Assembly (NCBI RefSeq): GCF_006345805.1
Contig: NC_043007.1
Span: 930,001 to 994,000 of the forward strand
Length of the DNA stretch: 64,000 nucleotides
Source: Octopus sinensis
Taxonomy: Eukaryota
Reading direction: 5' to 3'
In this document: positions 11,801-64,000 of the stretch, piece after piece
Numbering within the stretch: position 1 is the first letter of the stretch
How the letters are laid out: the number at the start of each line of letters is the position of its first letter
The notes under the pieces: model-generated
Databases searched by the model: none
Told to the model about the DNA's origin: nothing
Seen by the model: the letters and a program-made list of their open reading frames with translations, nothing else
Translations under genes and position numbers: made by a program

Positions 11801-14800
11801 AGTGATCTGTTTCAGTAATCTTTCTAGTCCTGGCTGATGTAATAATAATTTTAAAAAATCATGGCAGTGGATTAGTGGAACTGCAAGGATGGTAGACCAG
11901 GTGCCTTGTGGTATTTGCTTCACTCCTTGTGTTCTGAGTTCAAATCCTGTTGTGGCCTATGTCCCTGGGACAGATCTAACCCGTTGCCTAGTTTAGCACC
12001 ACCATTTTCCCCTTGGGTGCCTTCAGAGGAATCCACTCTTTTGGAAACTTTTGACCCACAATAATAATAAAAATTCTAATCCCATATGCAAACTTTAGAA
12101 TTAAAATTTGATGGGTGGCTTTTGGTGAGTTGGTGCCAAAAGGGTTAATCCCTATAGATGTACAGATGCTTCCTAAGCTCAACGTGGTCCCCTATTTTAA
12201 GATGGAGTACTGAATGCCGAAGTGTTCAGTTTGATGTGGAACTAATTAGAATTTCATGTGTCATTATTTCAACAACTGTTTTTTTTCCACCTTACCAGAC
12301 ATTGGGTAGTCTACTGTGCAGTGTATCATCACTAATCTTAGTCGTCTTTTCTCTTTATATGTGTCTCTCAGATTAGCTTAATCCTTTGTGGCCAGCTTGG
12401 CTGTTTGCTATTTAATATTCTCAATGATTTTCGCTGATATACATTAAAGTACACACACACACACACACATATATTTTAAAATGTATTAGAATGAAAATGC
12501 CACTGATTTGTCAGCTTAATCTAATTTTTCATAATATCTCAGCCTCATATTTCCATCTTAAATCAGTTTGATGTTTATCATTAATAACCACCCTTCTTCA
12601 CTTTGTGCTCATTTGTCTGTCGGACTATCATGTCGATGGTGTATTACGGTCGTGTTATCTTACTTGCAAAGCTAAGAAAATTGCTACTACAAAAAGATAA
12701 GCGGAGTCGTTCCTATAATTATAAATTCAGGTATTCAAATTTTCTTTTATTTTTTTTCTGTTTTAAATTTGTCTGAGGTTAGTATTACGTTTGTACCAGT
12801 TCCACTAAATCCATCTGCAATTTTGTGTATAAATTTTAAGTTTTAAAGTTTGGTTAAGCAGCTTAGAAGAAATATTAAAATCATATTTTGCTGTCATTTA
12901 TTGATGGTTATTAGTGTTGATGTTGATTGCAGTTCCAATTCTTTCTGTTATAAAATGAAATACTGGTTTAGACCTGGGGAGGGGGGTCGATGTAATCTAC
13001 TAATTCAATCCGCTTCCTTAAAAAAATATTGTTATTTGCCTAAATTAGAAGCAATTATAACGAGGGCAGTGGATTGGCAGAAACATTAGAGCATTGGATA
13101 AAAAGTTTTGTGGTATTTGCTGTAGCTTTTTAAATTCTGAGTTCAAATCCTGCCTGAGCTCAACATTGCTTTTTGTCCTTTTGAGGTCAATAAAATAAAG
13201 TACTAGTTACTATTATATAAAGTTTTGGTGGTGAGCTGGCAGAATCATTAGCATGCTGGAGGAAATGCTTAGTGGTATTTTACCTGTCGCTCCGTTCTGA
13301 GTTCAAATCCTGCCGAGGTCGACTTTGCCTGTCAATAAAATAAGTACCAGTTGAACACTGGGGTCAGTGTAGTTGACTCATCCCCACCTCCCTCAAGCTG
13401 CCCTTGTGGCAAAAATTTGAAATAATTATATTAAGGTTTCATTTCTTTATGGTTGTATCTTTTACTTTTTTTGGTCATTATGAAACTGGCCATGTTGGAG
13501 CACTACCTTGAGGAATTCTAGTTGAATGAGTCAGCCCCAGTACTTAGCCTGGTACTTAGTTCATTGCCCTCTTTTGCCAAGCTGCTAAGTTATGGGGATG
13601 TAAAGACACCGACACCAGTTGGGAGACAAACATGGGCACAAAGAAACGTGTGTGCAATGGTCTTCTTTCAGTTCCTATTTACGAAATCCAATCACAAGGT
13701 TTGCCCGATTCTATAGTTGAAGATGTTTGCCCAAGGTGTCACACAGTGGGACTGAACTTGGAACCATGTGGTTGAGAAGCAAACTTCTTACCACACAGCC
13801 ATCCCTCTGCTTTTTTTGTTTTGTTTTTATGACTAAAGCTTCCAAATGAATTCTTGTCAGGCTGAGTGTATTTGCATTCCTTGAAAATGTCTCCGATCCA
13901 AAGAACCATTGCTGGTGCTTATCATGTTTTCATGTCACTGACTCTGTGCATTACCAATGCAACGGGAATTCACTCCTCTCTTTGTTGATTAATATATTAC
14001 CACGTGGTATATCAGCCACTTGTCCCAGGAATTAATTAATGTAATATAAAAATGAAAGTTAGCTTTGATTAGCGTAACTAAAGCTCTGACAGTTTCATAT
14101 GCAGTATTACTAATTATTTCTGTTTTCTGTGTTAAAAAAAATTAAAAGGACAAAAAAAAAGAAAGTAGCTGTGACTCTTGGGTATTGGCTTGTTATAAAA
14201 TATATCCATATCCAGCCTATTAACATAAGTCAAAGGTATTAGCAGGTTTTATTATAGCAGTTTAAAGATTATCTATGCTTAAGTTGTTAGGGGTATTATT
14301 ATATTAGGTAAATCTTCAATTGTTTTGGATTTCCTTGGTGAAGTTTATTGTACGAAGATGATAGTAGTGCATTGTTGTGCTTTAATTCTAGCTCACTTTT
14401 TGTTTTCTGTTCTTTTGGTTCTTCTGTTTACTTCCTGGATCTGGATGAGGAAGCAGTGTCCACGGCCGTTTCTGGCCGTCTCAGACCAGTAAGATTTTCA
14501 CCGTTTAATGTTCCTCTCGAATCTTTGTAAAGTCGAAACACATGTGGGGGTTACATGAGCGAGGAAGGAATCCCAGATAGACTTAAACTTTCGGTGGAGG
14601 AAGGACTGGGATATCGGGATGCCACTAGGTTGCTAGGAGACGGGAAGATGAGCGGGAAGGAAGTGTCCGAGTGGAGACGGGAAGATGAGCCCAGCTGGCT
14701 CCGAGAAGCTGGGGCCATTGTTGTAGTAGAGGAAAAAGGCAGAGAGAGGATACAGCACAATTATGAACCAGATGATGGAGTGGCTTCATGCCAGTCAGTC

Positions 14801-15394
14801 AGGTGGCCCTTTTTTTGCATGCAGCCCAGGATGTCTGTGATTGTGGAGCAGCTGCAGATCATTCAAATACACATCAAGACAATATCCTTCTGGTAATCCA
14901 AAGCCACCCCCCACCCCAAAAGAACTTGATGCTTTATTGAAGTTTTGTTTAGAAACAGACACACATATGGTACCAGGGTACCAGTTGGTTGTCTAACCCT
15001 ACAGTCTAAATTTATTGTGCAGTATTATAAAATTTGTATCGATTGGGACTTTAACTGCTTATTCAACCGGTTGACTGCTGTAAGTGAATGTTGCCCTGCT
15101 CTCCTTAAAGTCCCGTCAAAATAACATTGGACTCCTTATTGATAAACCTAAAACTAAGATTGAAATAATTTTGGAAAATAACTTCAAGGTTTCTTCCTTG
15201 CTTAGCCTCACCCCTTCCTCCTCCTCATGTTATTTCCATTTATCTCTAATCACTGTTGATTATGCTTCGAAAGATAATCCTTTAATTATTTTGACTTTCA
15301 TCCTACCTCACTCTTAATGTCTCTCTTATTTTTGCTTTGTACGAGAAACTGCTATTTTGAGATATCTGTATAAGGGCATTGACATTGATTTAGA

Positions 15395-15596
15395 ATTCTT
15401 TTATATGTTTCAAGTCATTTGACTCTGGCCATGCTGGAGCACTGCTTTTAGTCGAACAAATTGACCCCAGGGCTTATTCTTTGTAAGCTTAGTACTTATT
15501 CTGTCGGTCTCTTTTGCCAAACCGCTAAGTTTCGGGGACGTAAATGCACCAACATTGGTTGTCAAACAATGTTGGGGGGACAACACAGATACACAA

Positions 15597-15629
<33 letters not shown>

Positions 15630-15787
15630 ACAGGCTTCTTTCAGTTTCTGTCTCCCAAATTCACTTAAAGGCTTTGGTTGGCCTGAGGCTATATTAGAAG
15701 ACACTTGCCCAAGGTGCCATGCAGTGGGACTGAACCTGGAACCATGTGGTTGATAAGCAAGCTACTTACCAAACAGCCACTCTTGCA
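15395..15787 (-). mobile_element. SINE family A
   Basis: Homology to the other copies. Confidence 0.85.
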
Positions 15788-15809
15788 GCTTAATATTTAA
15801 CAACAGTTA

Positions 15810-16040
15810 GGGCGGTGAGCTGGCAGAATGGTTAGCACACCAGGAGAAAAGCTTAGCAGTATTTTGTCTGCCGTTAGGTTCTGAGTTCAAATTCCGCCGA
15901 GGTTGACTTTGCCTTTCATCCTTTCGGGGTCGATTAGATAAGTACCAGTTACGCACTGGGTTCGATGTAATTGACTTAAACCCTTTGTCCATGTTTGTTC
16001 CCTCTATGTTTAGCCGCCTGTGGGCAATAAAGAAATAAAT
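15810..16040 (+). mobile_element. SINE family B, full length
   Basis: GGCGGTGAGCTGGCAGAA head, B-box-like GAGTTCAAATTCC, A-rich tail. Confidence 0.87.
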
Positions 16041-16757
16041 ATTTAACCACAGTTCTTCTAAATTAGTTAAGTCATTCTCTGTTCTATGGCAATCAAGTTT
16101 CTGTTGATCCAACTTGGTTGCCACTTCTCTAGTTTTTCTTTTTCCCATTTTTTCCTATTTTGTTATCACTCGGAACTCTTCAATTTTTCCAAATTTGTTT
16201 TTCCATTCTCGCATGGGTTTTAGCATGTGCAATTGCCAGATACATATATTTATATATGATTATTATTATTTTAAATCCTTTCCTGTAAATATTCATTTCT
16301 ATCTGTTTGTTCTTGTTTAGCTGGCATTTGAGATAGTACGTTTCTTTCCCAATAGTTTCTAAGCAAGAGATAAAAATATTTCATATTAATCTTGTATGTA
16401 GCAGCATATCAAACTGAAATTACAAAAAAAAGAAATGAAAGAAAAGAAAAACCTCTCAGGAACCAAGTATTATTTGTGAATTTCGCATGGAAGCTGAATT
16501 TACTCAAATTGGCTGTTGATTTTGGGTTATTTTTTGAAAAAAAAAAAAAAATATATACATCGTAATAAATATTTCAAGTGCAGAAATAGCTTTCAGATAG
16601 TGTTTTAATCTTTTTTGGATTGTTCCTTTGAATTATAGTCTTTAGATAAATTTGTTAAGATCCCTTTATGTTTGGTAAAATTATGGAACATGTATGAACA
16701 TGCTCTGTCTGTCTGTCTCTCTCTCACTCACACACACACAGCTTATTAGGGTTTTAA

Positions 16758-16979
16758 CCCTTTTGTTACTAACCCGGCCAAACCCGGCTCTGGTTCTGTG
16801 GTATAATGTCTTGTTTTCATAAGTTCTGAATTAAAATCTTCCACCAAACCTTAGTCACAATTTATGTTCCTAACACTAGCTGAATGATGACTAAGTTATT
16901 TTACTAAATTCTTTGTTATATTTTAAAATTGATTGAAAGAAACACAGAGCTTCTCAACAGAAATACAGTAACGAAAGGG
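16758..16979. mobile_element. Second piggyBac-type MITE family (TTAA|CCCTTT...AAAGGG|TTAA), followed by a diverged copy to ~17180
   Basis: TTAA flanks and terminal inverted repeats. Confidence 0.8.
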
Positions 16980-17569
16980 TTAAACCTTTTGATACCAACC
17001 TGCCCAAGACTGTCCTTAATTCTATAATAGAACCATGTTTGAAAAGAATCTAAGCTAAAACCTTCCATCAAAATTTCCTGGTAATGTTTCAGACACAAGC
17101 ATAATAATGATTATTCAAGCAAATTCTTAATTTCTCAAAATTTGTTAGCTATGTATATATATCAACAGTGGAGTTAAAGAGATTATATATTTAGCCTCAG
17201 GATTAATTTTGTTATCTTTCTTACATAAAAGAGTTCATGGCAATTGAATATGGCAGACACAAGGAGTGGGTGAGCAGCTGGTTGGATTGGGGCTTACTTT
17301 TACTCAAGATTGTTTGAAAAATAAAATTATGTATACATTACAGATGTTTTGCTGATAATTATTAAAGTATGAGGAATATAAACCATAGTTGTCTGGCACA
17401 TGTTTATTTGGTAATATGTGCCCTGCTTTTGTTCATTGTTTTAGGAGTTGGGTTCTCAACTGGGGTCCATAAAAAATTTTTAGGGATCCATGAGTATTTT
17501 AAGAGTCTGTTTTGGATGTAGTTATTGCAAGAAATGGCTAGATTTCTTTCTCTAGTTTAACATTTCCTT

Positions 17570-18012
17570 TCTACTATAGGCACAAGGTTTCAAATTTGGT
17601 GCGAGGTGAGGTGGAGGGGACCAGTCGATTAGATTGACCCCAGTATGCAACAGGTACTTAATTTATTGACCTTCAAAGGATGAAAGGCAAAGTCAACCTC
17701 AGTGGAATTTGAACTCAGAACGTAAAGGCAGACAAAATGGCGCTAAACATTTCACCTGGTGTGCTAACGTTTCTGCCAGCTCACCACCTTTAATAACCTT
17801 TTCTACTCATGGCACAAAGCCCAAAATATATTGGAGAAGGAGCTAGTCAATTAGATCGACCCCAGTATGCAACTGGTACTTAATTTATCGACCCCCAAAA
17901 AGATGAAAGCAAAGTCGACCTCAGTGGAATTTGAACTCAGAGCATAAAAACCCGATGAAATGCCGCTAAGCATTTCACCTGGTGTGCTAATGATTCTGCC
18001 AGCTCGCCACCT
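17570..18012 (-). mobile_element. Two head-to-tail SINE family B copies
   Basis: Tandem homologous units. Confidence 0.82.
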
Positions 18013-20596
18013 TAGTTTAACATGTTTCTGGCAAACCTATATGAGTGAAAGTGTGAGAACCAAATTAGGAATTTTGAAATAAGTATCTATAAAACTAGCT
18101 TTTAAACATAGAATGGCAATGGAGGGTCCAGCAGAATAAAATAGTAATCAAAGGAGCTCCATAGATAAATGGTTAAGAACCAGAGTTAGTGGAACATCAA
18201 AAGGGGAGCAGGGTTGTAGTTCAACTTGGCTGGTATGCATTTCAGTTGATTAGGCCAGAGCAATGTAAAATGAAGTGCCTTGCTCAAGGACAATGTCACA
18301 CCTGATCCAGGAATCAAACACACTGTCTTATGATCATAAATCTAACACCTTAACCACTAGACTATGGACCTTTGCAGGCCAATAACTGTTGTGGTATTCT
18401 AAAAGGAGTCGTACATATGATTGGATATTTAGCTGTATATATATGCATTGGGGTTGCTGAGGATAATATTACCAGGTGTTGTGTTGATTGTATGGTTGTT
18501 AATTAAGTTAAATATAATCATAGGTTAATGATGGTTAGAAATAGGTAAAGAAACAAGTTGAGGAAAAAGTAGAAGCCATGTAGATAGGTGGATAAAAATG
18601 GATGAAAGAAGTAATTTGGCAAGCAGACCCTTACAAATTGTTGCTGTGTTAATAATGGTTGGCTTCTCTTGCAGTTTATCACATATCATTCAACATCTTT
18701 TTTCACATTTTCATTGTGCTGTCCATTTTAGTAGGTTCTACATCTGTGCTTGTTTCGAAGTCTTAGAATTGTATGTGATCAGTTGTATGATTTCAGTCGT
18801 TAATGGTGTATTTTGAGCCAAGAGAACCTCTACATGGTTGCTGAAACTGTTAGAAAGAAAACAGTTAGATATTTCTCAGATTGCTCCATGTTGTCTTAAA
18901 GTGATGAACACATGGAAATAATGTTGTCCTGGTAATGAATGGAATGCTTTTAATCATAGAAATGCTGGATGAGATCTGATCTGGGGTTAACTAGAGGGTG
19001 GTGCATCTGTGACCCTTTAGTATTCAGGTTATTTATTCGTATTGTTTGGAATTACTGATGCATTATCTCTTTGCATTGGGAGTTCAATGATGTGCTTGTT
19101 TGTTTTTAGTATGACATTGTAATCATCATCGTTTAGCGTCCGCTTTCTATACTAGCATGGGTTGGACGATTTGACTGAGGTCTGGCGAACCAGATGGCTG
19201 CACCAGGCTCCAGTCTGATCTGTCAGTTTCTTCAGCTGGATGCCCTTCCTAACATCAACCACTCTGAGAGTGTAGTGGGTGCTTTTACGTGCCACTAGCA
19301 TGAGGGTCAGTCAGGCGGTACTGGCAACGGCCATGCTCAAATGGTGCTTTTTATGTGCCACCTGCACAGGAGCCAGTCCTCGCTTGTAGGTGTGAAAGGC
19401 TGAATATGGCCAGTTTGAACATAGAACAGGGAGAATATGTGAGCCAGATCTGGCTAGTTTAAATGCTAATGAAATATTGGAGCAAAACCATGGTACTGTG
19501 AGAAGTGTGGTGCCAATAGAAGTGTGGAGAAGTTAGTGCACCAAATGGGTTTTATTGTTTTTATTCAGGAGGAAAGGCAGTGACCATGACTCTTCAGGGC
19601 TTCCTAGATTAGGGGTTGGGGTTCACAGTGGAAGGAAGTATTCTCCAAAGCTCCTGGCCTGAAGACTCTGCTACTGGTGCCCATGGTGCTAGGCAGTGGA
19701 TTTTAAACTGAGTGATGATGGCTTTGAGTCGGGTCATTGTACTAAGTGTAGAGTGTACAGTGAGAGTTTAGTCAATAGTTGGAGGCTATTTATGTGTTAG
19801 CTTTTCTAAGCAGCTTTAGTTTTGTAGATGGCTTTTGCAGGAGATGATCAGATATCTGGCATTATATAAAACAGTTTTTATAGATCGAGGTCTGGGGTTT
19901 TAGCTTCACACCAAGGCTAGTTGGCTGTGGAAGAGAATTTTGAAATAAAGATTTTCTCAGTAATGGATTTTTTGAAATGTCCAGTGTGTATGTGTGTTTG
20001 TTTGTGTGTTGTTTATGTAGAATTGTTGTTAATTGAAAAGTGAGCTGGAAGATTATAGCATGGAATATTTTTTTCTTTTTGCCTCGCCTCCCCCGCCCTG
20101 AAATATGAACAATTCTTGCATTGATAAACAGTTATTGAATTGCTGTATCTGGCTGCTGTGTGGGTTAGCAACCAAGTACAAGGACTTAGTGAAGGACATA
20201 CCAAAGTTATATTTACCACTTAGTATGGATTATCTATGACATCATATTAGTCTTTTTTGTTTGTTGATTGGTTTTCCTTTTTGCATTCATTATTGGCAAA
20301 TAAATTCAGCTTTGATTTTTCCTTTTTTTTTTTTTCTAAAAAGGAATATTTGTTAAATTAATGGTGTTGGTTTTTGTGGTTTTTACATGAAATATAATTT
20401 TGAGAAAATAAATTGTATCTCTGGTTCTCCCCACCACCAAATTCCAATTTTAAATACATTTTTCACTCGATGAGGTGTTTTGTCTGTTCTGTTCCCCTTC
20501 CCGCCCCAAAGATAGTCCTTAAGTAGACCAAAATAAATGTCTCACTCCTCCCAAATTACATTGTGGAGGTTGTTACTAAATGAACTTCTTTTCTGA

Positions 20597-20633
<37 letters not shown>

Positions 20634-21584
20634 ATTTGCTTTAAGATATTAATATGGGAAGCAATAGCCTGGCACAGTTACCACTTTCTTAATAAAGCTA
20701 CATAATAATATATTTTTTGTAGAAGAATTAGGGTCGTTATTTCTTGAATTTTTGGCTAATTAACATTTTTCTTTTTTTTTTCTTTTCCCCTTTACTTTCT
20801 GTATTTTTGTTTTCTTCTGCATTACCGTCTTGGCATTGGCATTAATTTCTATGATCTATTTATATATGCTTAGATATTGGCTCCTGTTTCCTCTTCTTTG
20901 CCCTCCCATCTCTGCATTTCTTGTTCGTTTGGTGATAAATTGTTGGACAGATTCACATCATTTATTAAGGCAGAAGAAAGTAATTTCTAAAAATGGAACT
21001 GAAAAGACAGATCAAAGTGGTTTGCTCTCACCAAGTTATGAATGATTCTTGTGTCTACTTTATTAATTCTTAGTCTCTCTCTCTCTCTCCCTCTTTCACC
21101 CCTCCTCTTTTTCCTTGCCTCATAGACTATTGATAAAAAAAAATAAAAAAGTGAAGCAATCTATGAGTGGTTTTTGAAATAGTACCTTTGAATAAATAAT
21201 AAAGCATCATATTTTCTTCTGCATCTCTCTCCTGTGAGATCATTTAAAGAGTTGAGTCGACAGTAATTTTAGCGCTAGTAATACGCGAGCTCCTCACAAG
21301 TAAATGGGGTTTTTGTGTTCACGTGTAAATGTTCCTCATTTCAGAGTTTCCATTTTTGCTCTCCACTTTTCAAAGCATTCTATTTCTAGATATTTCATAC
21401 TAAAAGATTTTTAACTCCAATTAATAAGCAGATGCTACTTTTAATGATGACGGAATTACTGAAATACTAATCAATAAATTTATATTGAGGACGAGTAACT
21501 GTACAATCATCTCCTCTTCATGATGAGTGTGCTGTCCTGGGAATTCTGGGCTTCTGGTATTTTCCTTTTAACACAAAAAGTGTA

Positions 21585-21898
21585 ATGGGCCGCGATCGTT
21601 GGGATTGCACCTAGAATGTACCCCTCTGAGGCACAAGTCCAGGCAAGCTTGTTTATGGAAGACCAGAAATCACCCATACATACCAACTTCTCCTCTACAC
21701 ACCACTGTTATCCAAAGGAAAGGCCAAGGCTGATACAACTTGGCACTAATGGTGTCGCAACCCATTTCTACAGCCGAATGAACTGGAGTAACGTCAGATA
21801 AAGTGTCTTGCTCATGAACACAGCACATTGCCTGGTCTGGGAATCGAACTCACTACCTCATGATTGTGCGCCCAGTGCACTAACTGCTGAGCCATGTG
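21585..21898 (-). mobile_element. Diverged tRNA-headed SINE of another family
   Basis: Minus strand has an A-box-like TGGCTCAGCAGTTAG and B-box GAGTTCGATTCC, then a CORE/V-like TGAGCAAGACACTTTA. Confidence 0.65.
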
Positions 21899-24702
21899 AG
21901 ATGTATGTATCAAGGTTCCATACATACAGTTTCTTTCTAGCAATTAAACGCAATTAAGCTCACAAGGCGTTGGCCCAAAGAGCCACACACTGTGAAAGAA
22001 CTTGCATCCATGGGACTCGTTAATCTCGTACAAAAGCTTTGATGTGACAGTTTATATTTTGTTGTTATAAAAATATTATTTACATTTTATTTTGGATTAA
22101 GTCAACCCCCTCCTCTTCCCCCTCATTGGGGGGCCCTGCAAACATTTTGATATTTCCTTGCAGTTCTACCTGATACCTTAAATTCTCACCTAGTTTAGTT
22201 TTAAACCCGACGTTCAGACTGTTTGTGCAAAGCTGCTTATTTATCGCAATACTTTTGTTTGCGGGGGAATAAAAAGAATAATGGAGCATGAAATGTCTGA
22301 AAGTTGACTTAATCTAGATTGATGCATTCTAGATTATATGATTGATGTATTTTGGATGGCTTGGTGAATTTTGTTTCTGATTCTTGATGTAGAAAATTGT
22401 ATTTAGTTTTAGACTGTCATTTCTAACTACTTATTGTTAATTTGGTTGGCATAACTGGGAAGTCTTAGCCTGTCTGTCTGTCTGTCTCTCTCTGTCTAAC
22501 TATGTGGTCTCTGGTTCAATTTTACTGTATGGCATTTTGAGTAATTGTCTTCTCTGGCCATTTTTACTCCGCACATTCCATCCCCCTCAGTCCTGCATCA
22601 CTTGAGAGAAGTCTTCAGGTAGACACTCAGCATCTCTGATGAGTTATCTATGTATGGTGTGTTCAAATGACCAGCTCCAGCATGGCCGTGTTTTGGCATC
22701 CATCACAGTATGCCAGTAGCCAGCTCTTGTTTAGCTGGCCAGCAGTATCCTGCAAAGCGCAGTTGTCTTTCCCTTATATTGGTGGAGACAAGCAGGCGAT
22801 GTCTTTACAGCTGTTTCTAAGTTATTGTTTGAGTTTTCTTTTTTCACTCCAAGTGCAAATCCAGCAGTGTATTTCATTTGATTTGCCTGGTTTAGAAACT
22901 CACTTTGCAACCATGTGGCCTAGGGTTCATTCCCATTGCATGGCAATTTGGGTGAGTGTCTTCTACTATAGTCTTGGTCTGACCAGTGTCTTATGAGCAA
23001 GTTTGGTACATGGAAACTGGAATCTTGGCCTACACACACACACACACCAAACAGTATATTCTTTTCTACCCTAGGCACAAGGCCTGAAGTTTTTGGGGAG
23101 GGGGGCCAGTCAATTAGATCAACTCCAGTACGCAACTGGTACTTAATTTATCGACCCTGAAAGGATGAAAGGCAAAGTTGGCCTTAGTGGAATTTGAACT
23201 CAGAACGTAAAGACAGATGAAATACTGCTACATATTGCCTTTCAAGCAATATATTGTTTGACCCATATCGGTATTGAACATGGCTGATAAATGATGATGA
23301 TGATGATGTATGTGTGTATCTGTGTGTTTGGGGAGGACTCTCTGCTGCTTGGCAACCTGTGCTGGTTTGTTATGTTCCTATAATTTAGCAGTTTGGTAAA
23401 AGAAACTGACAGAATAATTAGTTGACTTAGAAAATAAATACTGGGTGTGATCTGCTTGACCAAACCCTTCCAGGTAGTGCTCCAGCATGACCACAGTCCA
23501 ATGACTAAAACTTGTGAAAGACAAAAGAATTCTTAGATAAAATGGTTAAGATGTTTGCTCTGCTGTGGCTACGTGGTTTTCCTCTATGACCCCCCTTGCT
23601 GTGGCCGTTCAGCAAGCATCTTCTGCTCTGCTGTAGTCTTTGAGTTGGTCAGTACCCTTTTGAGTGGAATTTAGCAGACAGATTGTGTAGAAGCCCATCG
23701 TGTGTGTGTCAGAGAGTTCAACTTAGTCATTCAACTAATAAAAACTTGGGTGAGGGTAGGAATGGGTCGATATGATTGACTAAAGCCCCCGAAAGCAGTA
23801 CCTCAGTGTGGCCCCAGTCTAATGACTGAAACCAGTCAAAGAATATACAGATGTTCCAATTTTGGACTTTGTGTTCTTCCTCTGTTTGCATTAATCTCTG
23901 CAGGGGTTCAGTGTTCTGTTTTGATCCTTCGGGTGTGTATAATTAACGAATCCTTAATGAATTCCTTGCTCTTTCTATTATGCTGATTAGCTCCAGGCCA
24001 TCCTTGATTGAACAGACCCCTAATCATTGTGACAACAATCCTGACGTTGTATATTTAGCACTACAACACCCAATATGCTCATCCTTTTCCATTTTTTAAT
24101 TCCTTTTTTTAATCCCTTTTCCTTTTTTTAATCCATTTTCCTTTCCAGATGCCAACGTGATTTGAGGGAGATTTTCTTAATTCTAGCAAAGAAGCTTTAG
24201 TTCTTTGATGTCTAATATTTTTCAATAGTAAAAATGTTGCATGATTTTTAGTTAAAATGGCTCGGCCATTATCCTTGAATTTTTAATTAGTTAGCTTAAG
24301 ATTGCTTTTTAGTGCTTTATTGCGCTCTGAAGAATGAGAAGAAAATTTCATGTCACACACAATATTGCTTTTGCTCATTTGTTTAATTGTAGAATATTAC
24401 CAGGTTTTCGGTGAAAAGCTGCAGAAAATTTTTAATTGTTAATAATTTATTATTTTTTTTTGCATTTTTATTGTTTTTCATTTGAGACTGGAACTTCTTA
24501 ATAATTGTGTTGAAGATGATATTTTTATATGTCTTGATATAACCTTCAAAGTGTTTTAAGTTTTACTCCCCTAAAGCTCGTTAGTGAGGATTAGTTAAGC
24601 CTGATCTAATAAACCAATTTCGTTCTACGTATTTGCTTTTGAATGTCATCACTTCTTTATTAAATACTACATGTTTCCCCCCATTTCTTTTCTGTGTTAA
24701 AG

Positions 24703-62599
<37,897 letters not shown>

Positions 62600-62864
62600 G
62601 TAAGTATCTCAACCCTTTTGTTTTGGTAACCCTTGTTGAAGAACAGTCCTTGATTTTTTTTTTTTTTTAATTCTAATTAACTTTTCAACAATAATGAAGA
62701 ATTTTGTAGAATAACTCTTGTCATTATTAAAGATGTTTAGAAAAAAATAATTTAACATGGAAATTTTGATGGACGGTTTTCAGCTGACTTCAAAACCTTT
62801 CTATCTTGGAACCAAGGGTGACAGTCTATGCCATCCAACATTGAAAAAGGGTTAATGAGTTTAA

Positions 62865-63083
62865 CCCTTTAGTATTTAAACCGGCCATATCCGGCCAAAA
62901 TATTTAATCTGTTTTATGTTCAAACTGACCAGATCCAGGCTCTCACACCTACCCTACAATGTTATTCTACATTAAGTAATTACACCATCAAGATCTTGAA
63001 GATATGAGATAATGCATGATTAATTCAAATCAATGGGAATCAATAAGCATTATGTTTGATAGAATAATCTGAACGCTAAAGGG
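62865..63083. mobile_element. piggyBac-type MITE, young copy
   Basis: TTAA|CCCTTTAG ... CTAAAGGG|TTAA. Confidence 0.88.
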
Positions 63084-63337
63084 TTAAATAATGAGTTTAT
63101 GAGACTCAAGACTTGTATCCACATTTCAGCATCAACCAGATTCTAGCTTTATAAAACAGGAGATCCATTTAGAAAAAAAAAAAATCCTGTTGTTTGGTTT
63201 ACTTTATTCCTATACGATTTTTTTGGTTGATAGTGTATGGTATTTGTGGTTTAATTGTCTTCTCTGATGACTAAGTTTTGGTTGTAACTGACAAGCAGCA
63301 AACTTTGTTTTCAACATTCTCCGGTAATCATTGAATT

Positions 63338-63606
63338 GGAGGCACATGGCCTAGTGGTTAGAGCAGTGGACTTGCGGTCGAGGGATCGCGGGTTCAAATC
63401 TCAGACCGGGCGATGTGTGTGTTTATGAGCGAAACACCTAAGCTCCACGCGGTTCCAGCAGAAGGTAATGGCAAACTTCTGCTCACTCTTTCCTCCTGCA
63501 GCTCATCTGCGACAGACCAGCATCCTGTCTAGGTGGGGAACCTATGCGCCAAGGAAACCGGGGAACTGGCCCTTATGAGCCAGGCCTGGCTCGAGAAGGA
63601 ACAAAC
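63338..63606 (+). mobile_element. tRNA-headed SINE with V-domain-like core and 12-bp TSD
   Basis: A box TGGCCTAGTGG and B box GGTTCAAATC. TSD AATCATTGAATT at 63326-63337 and 63607-63618. Confidence 0.85.
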
Positions 63607-64000
63607 AATCATTGAATTCTGATATTTTAAACCTAGCAGCATTCAGCTTATTCTGTTAAATGTTAATGCTTATTCATTCCCAGTGTTTTGAATTAATCAT
63701 GGATTATCCTGTGGCTTTGAGATTTGGATAATGTGATTATTCATTTTTTTCAAAGACCATTGTAAAGTAGGTGTGAACTGCTAGACCTGGTTGGTTTTGA
63801 ACCTAAAAGGGGGCAGAATATTTGGGCCGGATATGGCTGGTTTTAACCTCTTAGCATTCAGATAACTCTGTCAAAAATAATGCTTATTTATTAACGACAT
63901 TGTTTTAAATTAATCCTTCATTATCTTGTAGCTTCAGAATTTCAATGACGTAATTGTTTATTTCTAGAATGTTGTTGTAGGATAGGTGTGAGAGGCTGGA

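Noticed and set aside
14455-14500. Minus-strand GAAACGGCCGT palindrome resembling an HHR 3' half
   Set aside because: No CUGANGA box in register, and the cleavage position would be G.
20770-21045. Possible upstream SRPK exon after a long pyrimidine tract
   Set aside because: No convincing phase-2 donor and no recognisable SRPK N-terminal motif.
63338-63410. tRNA gene
   Set aside because: It is the head of a SINE with body, tail and TSD; the acceptor stem does not close. The same applies to the other tRNA-like heads.

Overview
AT-rich, repeat-dense animal genomic DNA. The SINE repertoire and microsatellites look like Octopus or a related coleoid cephalopod (inference). One protein-coding gene is supported: a + strand SR-protein kinase (SRPK1/2/3 family). 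Ten exons between 24703 and 62599 splice in frame (1447 nt); its first exon(s) and C-terminal exons were not found in the window. The intron at 49226-50677 is a U12-type (minor spliceosome) GT-AG intron. The rest is intronic or upstream DNA filled with tRNA-derived SINEs, TTAA-flanked piggyBac-type MITEs, a hAT-type MITE, a Helitron, a Helentron/HINE-like element and microsatellites. Most notable are four unrelated small non-coding mobile elements with hammerhead-ribozyme (HHR) motifs: (1) a tandem ~350-bp retrozyme-like dimer with a U4C core and a 12-bp TSD (5371-6047); (2) a Penelope-like inverted-repeat element whose HHR has a G3:C8 swap (59578-59860); (3) a tRNA-linked Penelope-type HHR element in two copies (~30437 and ~47095); (4) a ~1-kb element with ~230-bp direct repeats carrying HHR strands in a non-canonical order (420-1431). 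All ribozyme calls come from manual pattern reading, and no activity has been tested. Repeat boundaries are approximate.
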